A stretch of 64,000 nt of DNA, taken from the NCBI GenBank assembly GCA_963849325.1, contig CAWKHF010000012.1, positions 864,001-928,000 of the forward strand. Reading direction: 5' to 3'. Positions 1 through 13,143 of this stretch are shown piece after piece; the stretch's first letter is position 1, and the number at the start of each line of letters is the position of its first letter. A model generated the notes under the pieces. The model made no database searches, was not told the origin of the DNA, and was given only the letters and a program-made list of their open reading frames with translations. The stretch is from an uncultured Planctomycetota bacterium. GTDB lineage: Bacteria; Planctomycetota; Planctomycetia; Gemmatales; Gemmataceae. The position numbers and the translations under genes were made by a program.

Positions 1-470
1 TGCACCTCGACGGCGTAGACCTTGCCCAGCAGACCGTCGCGGACGATGCGCCGCGCCTCGCGCACCGGGGCATGGACGCGATTGGCCAGGGCGAGCATGA
101 GATGGCGATGCTTTTGCTGGGCCTTGCGGACCAGGGCGGCGAAGTCCTCGGCGCGGACGCAGGATGGCTTCTCGCAGAAGACGTGACAGCCAGACTCCAG
201 GGCCGCGTCGATCGCCGGCGGCGCCAGGCGAGCTTCCATGCTCACCAGCGCCATCGATGGCTGCTCCTTGTGGAGCATTTCGCCCACGTCCTTGTAAGTC
301 GCTTTGAGCTTCGCTCCGAGCGCCTTCTGGGCCAGGGCAATCGTTTGGCCGCTCGGATCGGCCACAACGACGGACTCGGCTTCCTTCGTCCGTGCCAGCG
401 CCGGAAAGTATGCGTCCAGGTGAGCGCCCTGGGCGTGCGTGATGACACCGACCTTGATCGTCTCGGCCAT
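1..470 (-). CDS. Gfo/Idh/MocA family oxidoreductase (3' part runs off window)
   Basis: Manual translation from ATG 470: MAETIKVGVITHAQGAHL...GCHVFCEKP...LMLALANR...GLLGKVY. The HVFCEKP motif is typical of the family. Not in the ORF track because there is no stop in the window. Confidence 0.85.
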   Translation of the reverse strand, partial: MAETIKVGVITHAQGAHLDAYFPALARTKEAESVVVADPSGQTIALAQKALGAKLKATYKDVGEMLHKEQPSMALVSMEARLAPPAIDAALESGCHVFCEKPSCVRAEDFAALVRKAQQKHRHLMLALANRVHAPVREARRIVRDGLLGKVYAVEV

Positions 471-487
471 GTTCGTCTCGCGGTTTG

Positions 488-540
488 GTTTCGCCGCGAC
501 GCGCAGCGGAAGCGCGCTCCGCTGCGCGTCGCGGCGAAAC
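488..540. repeat. REP-like palindrome, family A (GCCGCGACGCGCAGCGGAGCGCG)
   Basis: gtttcgccgcgacgcgcagcgga...tccgctgcgcgtcgcggcgaaac; the same arm recurs at 8119-8146 and 42266-42332. Confidence 0.85.
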
Positions 541-561
541 GGGAATTGGTTCCACGACGAT

Positions 562-1272
562 CTATTCCTTGATCGTCGTCATCTTGTCCTCGGGAAACGT
601 GGTCAATTTGAGGTCCTTGAAGTGGACTTCCTGCGGCACGCCGTTGGAATGCAATTGTAGACCGATCGGCCCTTCCTTGATGCGATTCGGCTCGGGATCG
701 CGCCAGTCCACGACCAGCTTGCCGTTGACGCCCACGCGCACGCGGTTGCCCTGGGCGAGAATCTCCAGGTCATTCCAGTCGTGCTGCTTGCCAGCCTTCT
801 TCGCTGGCCCGCCGGGCACCGGCAGACCGTTTCGGCCATACAGGTCGTACATGCCCCAGCCGGACGGGAACATGACCAGATGGCCAGCGTAGGTATACTT
901 GTCGCCCTTCTCCGGCGCGACGCGGCCCCAGAAGGCGATGCCGGAGTGCATCTCGGACTGCACCAGCTTGACCGTCGCCGTCAGCCGGAAATCGCTGTAC
1001 TTGTCCTTCGTCAGCAGGTAAGTGCTGACCTTGATCGGCTTGGTGTTCTTGGCGACGATGACGCCGTCCTGGACCGACCAGAGATCCGCGTGGCCCTCCC
1101 AACCGTCCAGGTTTTTGCCGTTGAAGAGCTTGATCGTCTTCGATTCGCCCTTGCGCGGCGGGACGACAGGGGCTTCTTTCTTGTCCTTGTCGGCGGTCTG
1201 CGCGACCGTCAGCGACAGGACGAGGCAGGGTCCGGCCAGCCCGGCGAGAATGGAGAACCGTGTGCGTTTCAT
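562..1272 (-). CDS. DUF1080 (3-keto-disaccharide hydrolase-like) secreted protein
   Basis: Signal peptide MKRTRFSILAG...; LFNGKNLDGW, WNDLEI and GPIGLQLH motifs. Confidence 0.9.
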   Translation of the reverse strand: MKRTRFSILAGLAGPCLVLSLTVAQTADKDKKEAPVVPPRKGESKTIKLFNGKNLDGWEGHADLWSVQDGVIVAKNTKPIKVSTYLLTKDKYSDFRLTATVKLVQSEMHSGIAFWGRVAPEKGDKYTYAGHLVMFPSGWGMYDLYGRNGLPVPGGPAKKAGKQHDWNDLEILAQGNRVRVGVNGKLVVDWRDPEPNRIKEGPIGLQLHSNGVPQEVHFKDLKLTTFPEDKMTTIKE

Positions 1273-1350
1273 GGAGCGCCTCCTAACAGGGTGTGATGGT
1301 CCCGGCGCGACGATACCACCCGCCCGGAAGCGATGCAACGAGTTTCCAGG

Positions 1351-2514
1351 TTACTTTTCGCGCCGGCCGGGGACGAGATAGCGCAAGAATTGCAGACCGA
1401 GGAACACAACGATCAGCGGCACGATCAACCAGCCCACCTTCGGCCACCACACCGACAGGATCAACAGCAGCAGCACGGCCCACACCAGGGAACAGCCAAC
1501 CAGCGTCATGGTGCCCTTGAAGCCGACTTCCTCGGTCGCTTCCGGATATTCCAGCACGCTCGAACGCCGTCGTTCGACGCTGCGCCGGGCGGCGTCGTCC
1601 AGCTCCAGGGCGCGGATGGCGTCCTGCCAGCTCAAACCCTGCCGCTCCGCCGAGCGAGCTTCGATCATGCGCTCGAATGTGTCGATCAGCACCGGCCACG
1701 GATCCCAGCGTTCCCAGTATTCTTCATGCACTTGTCCGTTGGCGTCGCGCCAGTCCAGAAAGGCCGGGCCGTTCCAGCCCAACGGAAACAGCAGCTCGAC
1801 GCGGCCGGCGCTGCCGATCGCGGTCAGGCGCCACGCGGCTCCTTTTCGCCCGGCAACAAGGTGACGTGAAACAGCCCGCCGCGCTCGAATCGCCCGGCCA
1901 GCAGCACCGGCTCGCCCTCGCGCAACTCCTCGCGCTGGGCGAAGGCGGACACCTCCTGGATCTCGCCGCCCACGGTGCGAAGAATGTCCCAGCCGGGGAA
2001 CGCCGGTTTCTGGCCGGCAATCCAGAACGCCGTCGAGCACCTCGCCGGTCGCGCCGCGTTCCATCTCCAGCAGGCGGAAGGAGCCGATCGGCGCGGCGGC
2101 CTCGTCCTTGCGGTGGAGGAAGTCGGCGAGGCGGCGGAAGGCGGGATGCGTCGCCTCGGGCAACAGCGGCAGCAACACGCAGCCAGTGTCGTTGCGGATC
2201 ATCGCCGCCTCGTAGGCGATCTCCGGCGTCTGGTCGGCGGGGTGGACGCAAAGAACGTGACGCTCCGATTGCAGAGCGCGACGGAGTTGGGCCGGACGCA
2301 CGGTCCCAGCGCCAGCGACGAGGACCGCCTCGACAGCGGGGTCGGCCAGCACCTCTTCCACGTCGCCAACTCGGCGCGCCTCGCCGCCCCAGCGGCGCAG
2401 CACGTCCTCGCTCACGGGCGCCGTGTAAGCGATGACGCGATGACGGCCGGACTGTGCCAGGGCGCCGGCCATTTCCACGCCGTCGGGGTGGTCTCCCAGT
2501 AACGCGAAGCGCAT
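1351..2514 (-). CDS. Gfo/Idh/MocA-like oxidoreductase-domain protein with C-terminal TM hairpin (compensating frameshifts ~1870-2010)
   Basis: EEVLADPAVEAV, RHVLCVHP N-domain; junk segment mid-ORF is in-frame in an alternative frame (ORF 1724..2251). Confidence 0.65.
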   Translation of the reverse strand: MRFALLGDHPDGVEMAGALAQSGRHRVIAYTAPVSEDVLRRWGGEARRVGDVEEVLADPAVEAVLVAGAGTVRPAQLRRALQSERHVLCVHPADQTPEIAYEAAMIRNDTGCVLLPLLPEATHPAFRRLADFLHRKDEAAAPIGSFRLLEMERGATGEVLDGVLDCRPETGVPRLGHSSHRGRRDPGGVRLRPARGVARGRAGAAGRAIRARRAVSRHLVAGRKGAAWRLTAIGSAGRVELLFPLGWNGPAFLDWRDANGQVHEEYWERWDPWPVLIDTFERMIEARSAERQGLSWQDAIRALELDDAARRSVERRRSSVLEYPEATEEVGFKGTMTLVGCSLVWAVLLLLILSVWWPKVGWLIVPLIVVFLGLQFLRYLVPGRREK

Positions 2515-2532
2515 GCTTCCATCCTCGTAGCG

Positions 2533-2607
2533 ATCAGCAATCAGCGGTCAGCAATCAGCAAAGACCACATTGCTGATTGCTGACCGCTGATTGCTGATCG
2601 CTGATCG
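2533..2607. repeat. Inverted pair of heptamer tandem repeats (TCAGCAA/TCAGCGG and complement)
   Basis: atcagcaatcagcggtcagcaatcagc ... gctgattgctgaccgctgattgctgatcgctgatcgc. Confidence 0.8.
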
Positions 2608-5600
2608 CTACTTCTTCGGCTTCGTCGTGACACCGAGTTTTTCCAGGTCGGCCCCGGGGACTTTCGCTCCGACGAGGCGTTCGAGCGGCCAGCTCTCCGC
2701 GTCGAGAGTGTGCGCCGTGGCCAGGTAAAGCTGGGCGTGTCGCAGGGCCGGCGTCCCCCACCATTCGACCCAGGTTGTGTGCTCCTGTCGTTTCTCCGGC
2801 GGAGGTTTGTCGGCGGTGGCGGCAGCGAACCAGAGCCGGCGGTCGAAGGCGTCATTGTCGCTCTGCCACACGAGCAGGCCGCGCGACAGACCCTCGCCAT
2901 CGTACAACACCAGGCCGGCCTGGCTAGGTAGGCTAACCACGCCGGCGCGACGGCGGAATAGGTTGAGGAAGGCGCAGTCGTGCGTCTGCACCACGGCCGG
3001 CTCTTCCGGCGCGGCCGCTCGCGGATCGTCGGCGACGTGGACGACGGAGCCGCGCCCCGCCACGGTGGCGTGGTCGAAGAGACACTGCACGTTCGTCTTC
3101 CAGGCGAAGGGTCGAGATGTGCCGGGCGGCGAAGCTCGCGGAGGGTTAGTCTCGAACGTCAGACGGATCGCGTCCTCGCCGGCGATCAACAGCGTCTGCG
3201 TCAGCAGGACGCGGGCGCCGACGCCCTGGACGTGGATGCCGGTGCGACCGGAGACGAGGATCGTTTCGTTGACGACGCAAGAGCGACGCGCGCTCGGCGG
3301 CGGTATCGCCAGAGCCGTCAAGGACGATCAGGCCGCGGAAGGCCGACCCCTGGTTCTTCGGCGGCACTTCCAGACGGCTGCGGAACAGGCGGATGTCGCC
3401 GCCGCGAACCTTGAGCAGCCAGGGCAGCACCCGCGCCTCGGCGGCGTCGGAGAAGCGAAAACTGCCGTTGAGAATGTCGAGGCTCCCCTGCTCGATTTCG
3501 AGGAGCGCGTCCGGCGTTCCTTGGCCGGTGGGAACGAGGGTCAGCCGCTCGGACTTCTCGGCCGGCGGGCCGGAGGACTTCTCGGCCGGCGGCTCGAAGT
3601 AGAGCACCAGGCTGCTGCCCTTGAGGCGGATCGGCGACGTGAAGCGTTCGCCGCTGCCGGTGAGGTGGAGTACGACCAGGGCGCGAGCCGTCGCGTCTGC
3701 TGGACGTTTTGCAGATAGGCGCCGAGGTCGATCTGATTGAGGTCCAGCCGTTCGCCGTGATAGAGCGTGTCGGCGGGGGCGGGGATCTCGGGAGGGCCAG
3801 GGTCGTCGGGCACGGCGGGCGCCACGATGGCGAAGCGATCGAATGTCAGCGACAGCCAATTGTCACGCACCGGCGGCAGGGCGTCCAGGTCGCAGCCGAG
3901 CGGCTGGTCGGTGGCCGTGCTGGCGGCGAAGGCGACGAGAGAGTCGGCCGTGCCATACGTCCCGGAGGGCGTCTCGGCCGGCTCGGGAGGGCTGACTGTC
4001 GGCCAGGCTTCTGGAATCGCCACGTCGCCCTCGATGCGTCCCCACCGACGCCGCCAGGCGGACACGTCCGACCCCGCAATCGACGGTTTGCCCGCCAACA
4101 AAGTCTCCCAGCCGGCGTACAGACAGTTGATTGCGCGCCAACCCATTTGCTGCGTGCCGACATCGCTAGTCAGCCGCAGCAACTCGCCGCCGACCTGACG
4201 GGTCTTGCGGCTGAGGAGCGTGTCCCAGCCCAGCCACTGAAAAGCGGGTTCGCGGTCGGTCTCCTTGGCCGGCCCCAGGGTCAACAGCTCCTTGCCGCAG
4301 ATCATCGTCGAGCGCACTGCCGTGAGATGCGTGGGCGGCTCCGTGCCGGCCCGAACCTGCAACAACGGCCGATCGCCGCCGACAAGTAAGCAGTTGTCGA
4401 AGAGAACATGGGCCGCAGGCGCGTTCAGGTCCAGGACCGACAGCCCCGTCCCCCGAACGTAAGAGCGGCTAAAGCGGCAACGGCGGCCGTCTTTACTTCC
4501 GCCCGAGACGGAGGGAGGCGTCGCGGTGAAGCGCGCCAGCGTCACGCCGTCGCGCGGCTTGCCGGCGACGGAGAAGGTACAGCCGCTGACGGTCAAATCG
4601 CCGTCCTCGATGCGCAGAACGGCCGCGCCTTCGGACGGCGCCTCGGGCCAACGCAGGGCCACGTGGAGGTCTTGCAGAGTCAGGCTGCCGTGCTTGACGT
4701 CGAGGAAGACGAGCGGACCCGCTTCCTCGGTTCGCTGCCCCCTGGTCCGGCCGCGGCGTTCGTCGAGCGTCCGTTGCACGTCCCAGACGAGAAGCGGGCG
4801 GTAGCCTTTGCCGGGACGAAGGACCAGGCTGCGGTCGGCGACGACGGCCGGTACGTCGAAGAAGGGACCGTTGTCCCGTAATTCAATGACGCCGATCGCG
4901 CCGGCGGGGATGGCCTTGCAAGCGTCGGCGAGAGAGCGGAAGGTGTTGCCGGCGCCGGCGGACGACAGCCGACCGACGACCAGTTCGACCGTTGGCGCTG
5001 CCGGGGGAGGCGTGGCCCAGGGCGCTTCGATCTCCTTTCTCAGTGCGGCGAAATCGACGGGGTTGGCCGGCGGATAGAGGACCGGCCAGGTCGGTTTCTT
5101 CGGCGGGACCACGACCGGCGGCAGCCTGTCCGGCTTCTCGTCCGGTCGCGGCTTCGGGCTCGGCGGCCTGGGAGACACATCAATAGGAGGAGTCGTCGTC
5201 AACACGACCGGCGTGGGTTCCTCGGCGTGCGGTCCTCCCCGGTGGGCGCGGCGCAGGGACAGAACGATGCTCAATCCCACGGCCAGGAGGAGGGCGGCGC
5301 CGGCGACGGCGTGCCAGAAATACGGAGGCAGCGTCTCGGCGGCGGAGGGCAGGTCCACGGCCGTGGACTTGCGGGCGGCCAAGTCCGCGCGTGTGTGGCT
5401 CCGCGAGGGGGGCGGGGTCTTTCGGCCGTCGCTGGTTCGCCGACTCTTCTTCACGCCGCGCGTCGGCGTCGCGGCCGGCGCCACGGGCGCCGCCTCTTCT
5501 TCCTTCGCCAGACCCTCCAGCAAGTCATCGGTGGACAGCGGCGCCTCGCCCCGGGCAAGGGCTTCCAGGTCGCGCAACAACTCCGCCGGCGTCTGGTAAC

Positions 5601-6408
5601 GCTGCGACGGCGCTTTTGCCAGCAAGCGATGCACGATGACGGCCATCGGCCCGGACACGCGCGGATTGAACCGCCGCACGTCCTGCGGCTCCTCGTTGAG
5701 GATGCGGTTCAGCCGTTCGCCCAGTCCGCCCTTGGGGAAAGGAGCATGGCCGGCCAGCAGGTGATACCAGGTGCTGCCCAGCGAATACAGGTCGCTGCGA
5801 ATGTCCGCCAGGCCGCTGTCGCGCGCCTGCTCCGGGGCCATGTAGTCCAGCGTGCCGACCGTCGTCCCCGCTCGGGTGACGCGAAACTCGTCGTTGCCGG
5901 CCTCGCGGGCCAGACCGAGGTCGGTCATCTTGACCACCAGCCGCTCACCCTGGCGGCAGATGAGGAAGTTCGACGGCTTGATGTCGCGGTGGATGACTCC
6001 CTGCTCGTAGGCGTGGTCGAGAGCGCGGCAGCCTTGCAGGATGATTTGCAGTGCCTCGTCGGGGTCGAGAGGCCCTTTGCGATTGACGTATTCGTGCAGG
6101 TCGATGCCGTCGATGAACTCCATGGCGAGGAAATAGGTGCGGTTGGCCTCGCCGAATTCGTAGAGCGTGACGACGTTTTCGTGACGGAGCTTGGCGGCGT
6201 GGCGGGCTTCGCGGCGGAAGCGTTCGACCATGGCCGGCTTGGCGGCCATCTCCGGCGACAGCACCTTGAGGGCGACTTCGCGGTCGTGCTCGGTGTCGCG
6301 GGCCTTGTAAACCGCTCCCATCCCGCCGGTGGCGACGTGCGACAGCACCTCATATTTGCCGATCCGGATGTTCCGGCGCGGCCCCTTGGCGGGGGGATCC
6401 GAGGACAT
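2608..6408 (-). CDS. Hanks-type Ser/Thr protein kinase with TM segment and large C-terminal domain (frameshifts ~3690 and ~3290)
   Basis: GGMGAVYKA, VALKVL, HRDIKPSN, DLGLA, GTLDYMAPEQ, DLYSLG; TM helix around residues 365-385; continues through ORFs 3146..3859 and 2608..3321. Confidence 0.9.
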
Positions 6409-6590
6409 GACGCTCCCGAGGGAATGCTGCCGTGAAGCGAGACGGTGCGGCTCTCCCCTCAGGCAGCCAGGATTCTTCTTGACTCCTGATTATAACTTCG
6501 CGGACGCAAGCCCGTCAACGAATGTGCCGGCCATTCAGGCACCTCGCCCTGCCTGCGCGGCGGCGGAATCGGCTATGATGGGAGAAACTC

Positions 6591-6650
6591 TCCGAGCCGC
6601 GAGCGTCAGCGAGTGGGGACGGCACCGCTCGCTGACGCTCGCGGCTCGGA
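6591..6650. repeat. REP-like palindrome, family B variant (GAGCCGCGAnCGTnAGnGAG)
   Basis: tccgagccgcgagcgtcagcgag...ctcgctgacgctcgcggctcgga; related to 21485-21540 and 45275-45329. Confidence 0.8.
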
Positions 6651-6666
6651 CCCGCCGGAGTCCTTC

Positions 6667-7972
<1,306 letters not shown>

Positions 7973-7987
7973 AGTCTGTCCGTTAAG

Positions 7988-8100
7988 CCCCTCTCCCCCG
8001 GTACTCCGGGGGAGAGGGGTTGGGGTGAGGGGGCGCGCTTTCCCCGGGTTTCTCTCCCCCTCACCCCCAACCCCTCTCCCCCGAGTACGGGGGAGAGGGG
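7988..8100. repeat. Inverted pair of CCCCTCACCCCCAACCCCTCTCCCC hairpin repeats
   Basis: cccctctcccccggtactccgggggagaggggttggggtgagggg ... cccctcacccccaacccctctcccccgagtacgggggagagggg, between convergent genes. Confidence 0.85.
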
Positions 8101-8118
8101 AGATTACGCAACAGACGC

Positions 8119-8146
8119 TTAGCCGCGACGCGCAGCGGAGCGCGAC
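8119..8146. repeat. Half copy of REP-like family A
   Basis: ttagccgcgacgcgcagcggagcgcgac, identical to the left arm at 42269. Confidence 0.75.
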
Positions 8147-8151
8147 CGGTG

Positions 8152-10889
8152 TTACAGTCCATAGCGCTTCGCTGTCCGCGGATCGATGGAGCGCAGGGCG
8201 TTGGCCGCTTCCTTTCGTACCGCCGCCACGTTGTCTTGCAGCAGGGGCAGCAGCACCGGGACGGCCTCGCGCGCCTTGGGACCGAGATTGCCCACGCCCG
8301 AGCGATCATCCCTCGCGTGCTCGGGTCGCGGTCGCGGAGGGCACCCGCCAGGACGAGCACGACCTGCAACGTCCGCTCCGGCTCGATGCGCACCAGCAGC
8401 GTCGAGGCATTGAGGCGGACGCCGGCGCTCTCGCCATTCAGCTCGGCGACCAGCATGTGTACGGCCGCTCGGGCCTCCTCCGGGTCCAACTCGATGAGTC
8501 CCTCCACGGCCCGGAAGCGCGTGACCGGATACTGCGGCGGCCGGCTCAGGGCGACGAGGATCGGTACGAACGTCCTTGGTGTGCGTCCGGTCGATGCGCG
8601 TCAACGAGTCGATGGCGGCCAACTGCACTCCCGGATACGGGTCGTCGAGGGCGTCGCGCAGGGCCGGCACCGACTCGACGGACTTGGGATCGATGCGTCC
8701 CAGGGCCAGGGCGGCGGCGTAACGAACGTCCTTTTCCGGATCCATGAGGCACTCGCGCAGCGGCAGACGGGCCTCCTTGGCGGCCGGACCAAGGTGCCCC
8801 AGGGCCAGGGCGGAGGTGGCGCGGACTTCGCTCTGCCAGGCCAGCAGGTTGGCCACCAGGTACGGCACCGCGTCACGGGCCTCGGGACCAATCGCCTCGA
8901 TGGTCTCGGCGGCCCGCGAGCGCACTTCCGTGTCGGAATCCGTCAGCGCCGCCAGCACAGGGCCAAGCGCCTCCCGCGCGTCCGGCCCGAACCGATACAG
9001 CACCACGAGGGCCTTGCGACGGTACTCGGGGTTTGGATCCTTGAGCAGACCGACCAGGACCGGAATCGCCGCCGGCCCCATCTCGCTCAGGGCCATAAAG
9101 GCCGCTCCGCCCAGTTCGATGTCCTTGAGCTGTTCCGCCAGGGCGGGAGCGGCGGCCTTGGCCGCCGGGCCGAGATTGGCCAGGGCGAGCAGCGCCTCGT
9201 GGCGACGGGCATCGTCCGGCGCCTTGAGTTGCTCGATGAGGATGGGCACTACTTTGTCCGCCTGGCCGGGGTCGATGCGCACCAGGGCCACGGCGGCTCG
9301 GGAGCGCACGGCGGCGTCGGCCAGCAGGGCCGTCAGGTCGTGTACGGCGTCGCGCGCCACCGGGCCGAGTTGTCCGAGGGCGAGGGCGTAGACACCGGCG
9401 TGGGCGCGATCGCGCTGGATCGCCTGGCGCAGCGCGGGGACGGCCTGCTGTTGTGGCGGCAGCACCCAGCCCAGCGCCTCGCCGGCCAGGGCGCTACCCC
9501 GTCGCTCGTGTCCTTCAGGGCGTCGAGCAGCGCCGGCACTGCCGGCGGGCCGATGCGGGCCAGGGCGTAGCGAGCCGCGTCGCGTAGGGCATTGTCCTCG
9601 GCGGTGTTCTTGCGCGGCTTCAGGGCGGCGATCAGCGCCGGCACGGCGGCGCGAGCGTCCGGGCCGATCTCCGCCAACGCCTCGACGGCGGTGGGCGTGT
9701 CCAGGGAATCGGCCAACCGCGGTACCGCCTCGCGGGCCCGTGTCGGATCGATCTGGGCCAGGGCCAGGGCGGCGGCCAGAGCCACTGCCGGCGTTGTGTC
9801 CTTGAGCAGTCCGGCCAGGGCCGGCACGGACTCGCGGGCCACCGGGCCGATCAAGCCGAGTACCTCCGCCGCCATCCGCCGCACGGTCGCCTCGTCGTCG
9901 CGCAGGGCGGCGGTCAGCGCCGGCACGGCGAACGAGCCGATCGAGACCAGCAAGGCGCGAGCGTGCAGGGATTCCTTTTCCGTCCCCTTGGCCAGCGGAA
10001 TGAGGGCCGGCACGATCACCGGGACAGTCGGCCCCAGGTTCCACAGCGCCCAGCCGGCCGCCTTGGCGATCTCATCGCGGCTACTTCGGAAGGCTGCCAG
10101 CAGAGGCGGGACCGTCCCGGCGTCGCCGACCTGGCCCAGGACCAAACACGCCGCCGACACCACCTCCGGCCGGTCGTCCTTGAGGGCGGCGATCAGCGCC
10201 GGCACCGCCTCGCGGGCCGGCGGGCCGATCCAGAGCAAGGCGGCGGCGGCCCGCCGGCGCATTTCCGGCTTCTCGTCCTGGAGCGCCGCGCTCAGCACCA
10301 CAACGATGTCTTTCGCCGGAATGCCGATCCGTCCCAGGGCGCCGGCCGCTTCTTCGCGGAGTCCGGCAGCCGCCTGCCGTTGCTGCACAACGCCGATCAG
10401 CGCCGGCACCGCATCGGCCGCGCGAGGCCCCATCAGGCCGAGGACGCGGGCCGCCTCCTTGCCCACTTTCTCTTGCGGAAGGGCGTCGATCAGAGCGGGT
10501 ACGGCGTTCGGCCCCATGCGCACCAGGGCCGTTTCCACGCGCTCGTTGGGTCCGTCCTTCAAGGCCGCGACCAGACCGGGCGCGGCCGGCGCCCCGATCC
10601 GCACCAGGGCGGCGGCGGCGCGGCGGTGCAAGCGAATATCGCCGTCCTTCCGCGCTTCGAGCAGGACCGGCACCGCGTCGGATCCGGCATGGACCAGAGC
10701 GTCGGCCGCGCGGTCACCAATCGTATAATCGGGGTCTCTCAAGTCTCCAATCCATTGCGCCAGCGTCTTGCCCTCGTAGGTGGGCACGGTGGGTTGGCGA
10801 TAGCGATTCCACGCCAGATAGCCCAGACCCAGCAGTGGCAGCACCAGCAGCGCGACCTGGCCGAGCGTCTGCCATCGCGGGGACTTCAT
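8152..10889 (-). CDS. Membrane-anchored HEAT/PBS-lyase repeat protein (frameshifts ~9495, ~8565, ~8300)
   Basis: N-terminal TM (MKSPRWQTLGQVALLVLPLL); many 'ALGxIGPxAxxAVPALxxAL' repeats across ORFs 9333..11048, 8152..10044 and 8061..8507. Confidence 0.85.
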
Positions 10890-10920
10890 CGCATTCTCCC
10901 GTTTGCCGCCAGCGGCGCGA

Positions 10921-12162
10921 TCAGCGCACCGCGCCGCCGTTGATGCGAACAACCTGCCCGGTGAGAAAGGCAGCGGCCGGCGACACCAGCCAGCGGGCCA
11001 CGGCCGCCACGTCTTCGGGCCGGCCCCAGCGCCGCAAGGGCGTCTCACGCCGTACGCGCTCCTGCCAGCGCTGGGACGCTCCCTCGCCCCAGGCCGTGCG
11101 TATCCATCCCGGCGCCAGGCAGTTGACGCGCACCGTCGGGGCCAGGCTCACGGCCAGACTCTTGCTGAAGGCCATGACAGCTCCCTTGGACGCCGCGAAC
11201 AGCTCGCCGCTGTCGCCTTCCATGCCGGTCTCCGCCTGGTCCCAACCCATGTTGATGATCGTGCCGCCGCCGTCCTCGCGCATGCGCCGCCCGGCGGCAC
11301 GCGACAGAATCAGGGTCGCCGTCACATCGACCGCCAACAACTCACTCAGCTTGCGCTCGAACGACAAGCTCGCCGCCTCTCCGGTGAGCGTATCGGCGCC
11401 CGCATTGTTGATCCAGACATCGATCCCGCCCCAGCATTGCCACGCCTCTTGCACCAGGCGCCGGCAGGCGTCGGCGTCGGACAGGTTCGCCATTCGCACC
11501 TCGGCGCGGACACCTGCCCGCCGAACCTCCTCTGCAACCTCCACCGCCGCCTGCGGCGTGCGCCGGCCATGCACGATTACGTCCGCCCCGGCCGTCGCCA
11601 GCTCCAGGGCAATCGCCCGGCCGATACCGCTGGTCGAACCTGTGACGAGGGCGCGCCGCCCCGCCAATTCTCGCCCGGTAGCGCTGCCGTACAGGCGGAG
11701 TCCTTGCAGTTCGGCCAGCAGATCGGCGACGCTGCGCTTCCGCACGGGATGGACGAGACCGGGAGCGAGCTGCGCCAGCGGTTGCAGCACGAACGCCCGT
11801 TCGTGCAGCCGAGGATGGGGGAGGGTCAACCGCTCGTCGGCGTGGACCCGGTCGCCGTACAGCAGCAAATCGAGGTCGATCGTGCGCGGCCCATCGCGTT
11901 CCTGGCGGACGCGCCCCAGGTGTTGCTCGATGGCAAGCAGCACGTCCAGAAGATCGTTCGGCTCGCGCTCCGTCCGCAGCTCCGCGACCGCGTTGAGATA
12001 CGCTCCCTGCCCCGGCGGGCCGCCGACCGGCCGTGTCTCGTACCACGGCGACACGCGCATCACCTCGACGCCCTCCGTCTGCCGCAGGGCCGCCAATGCT
12101 CGCTCCAGGTAATCGCCCCGGTCGCCGAGGTTGCTGCCCAGGGCGATGTACGCCGTGATCAT
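10921..12162 (-). CDS. folK: 2-amino-4-hydroxy-6-hydroxymethyldihydropteridine diphosphokinase (FolK) fused to an SDR oxidoreductase
   Basis: AYIALGSNLGD, PRTIDLDLLLY, LPHPRLHERAFVLQPL, followed in frame by TGSTSGIG, NNAG, VNCLAPGWI and TGQVVRINGG. Confidence 0.9.
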   Translation of the reverse strand: MITAYIALGSNLGDRGDYLERALAALRQTEGVEVMRVSPWYETRPVGGPPGQGAYLNAVAELRTEREPNDLLDVLLAIEQHLGRVRQERDGPRTIDLDLLLYGDRVHADERLTLPHPRLHERAFVLQPLAQLAPGLVHPVRKRSVADLLAELQGLRLYGSATGRELAGRRALVTGSTSGIGRAIALELATAGADVIVHGRRTPQAAVEVAEEVRRAGVRAEVRMANLSDADACRRLVQEAWQCWGGIDVWINNAGADTLTGEAASLSFERKLSELLAVDVTATLILSRAAGRRMREDGGGTIINMGWDQAETGMEGDSGELFAASKGAVMAFSKSLAVSLAPTVRVNCLAPGWIRTAWGEGASQRWQERVRRETPLRRWGRPEDVAAVARWLVSPAAAFLTGQVVRINGGAVR

Positions 12163-13033
12163 TTCTCGTCGAGCCAGTGCAGGATGATCGAGGCGTAATA
12201 GGTGCCCGAGACGTTCGACGGCCGGCCGGGGGCGACGCCGTAGCCGCCATCGTCGTTGCGGCAGCGCGCGATGAAGGCCCGCACGCGGTCGGCCCCTTGC
12301 GGCTGCGTCTTGAGCATGTGGAACGCCCGCAGGACCCGATAGGTCGTCCCCAGATCGGAGCTTTCGGCGACGGCCTCGCCGAAGCCGCCATCCTTGCGCT
12401 GACCGGCGTTGAGCGCCTGGAGGACGTTGTCGGAGTGCTCGACCTTGCCGCCCAGGCGCATCACGGCGCAGACGGCGCCGCCGGTATCGCGGGCCACGCC
12501 GTCGCCCTTGCCGTAGGTGCCGTCGGCATGCCGCAGCTTGGCGATCTCGCGCAGCCAGGCGTCGGCGCGCGGCGGACGTTTGCCCAGCGCCTCGAAGCTC
12601 GCCGCCGTCAGGCGGATTTCCTCGAATGTCTTCGAGTTGTCATCGAGGTACTTGATGACGGGATCGGCGTAGAGTTCGACCGGCATCTTCAGCTCGACAA
12701 CGGCCATGATGCCGACGGCGGTGGGGCGATACGCGGCCTTGCCGCCGGGACGCGCGGCGAAGCCGCCGCCCTCCTTGTCGAAGCAACTCTTGACGAAGGT
12801 GACGCAGGCCGACGGATCGCGCGGTGCGCCGCCGAAATACTTCAAGGACCGCAGCGCCGCGGTGAGGGCGGGCAGGTCCGATTGACCGGTGCGAGCGTCG
12901 GGACGAAAACCGCCGTCGTCGGCCTGTAATTTCCGGAGATAGGCGAGGGTAGCCTTTTTTTGCGCGTCGCTCTGCGCGGCGCGGGGAGGACGATGACCAG
13001 CAGGCATAGGACGCCAAGCAGGGTGCGTTTCAC
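12159..13033 (-). CDS. Secreted prenyltransferase/squalene oxidase repeat (alpha/alpha barrel) protein (frameshift ~12960-12985)
   Basis: Repeated QxxDGGF / CRNDDGGYG motifs; signal peptide MKRTLLGVLCLLVIV in ORF 12842..13033. Confidence 0.8.
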
Positions 13034-13143
13034 GGGGGAACTCCTCGGCTGCGAAAGAGGCGGATCACCCTGTTTGTCCTACAGGGAAACCGCAACCGAT
13101 GCAAGCAGGCGCTCCCCAGGGGAAAGCTCGCGCACGATGGAGG

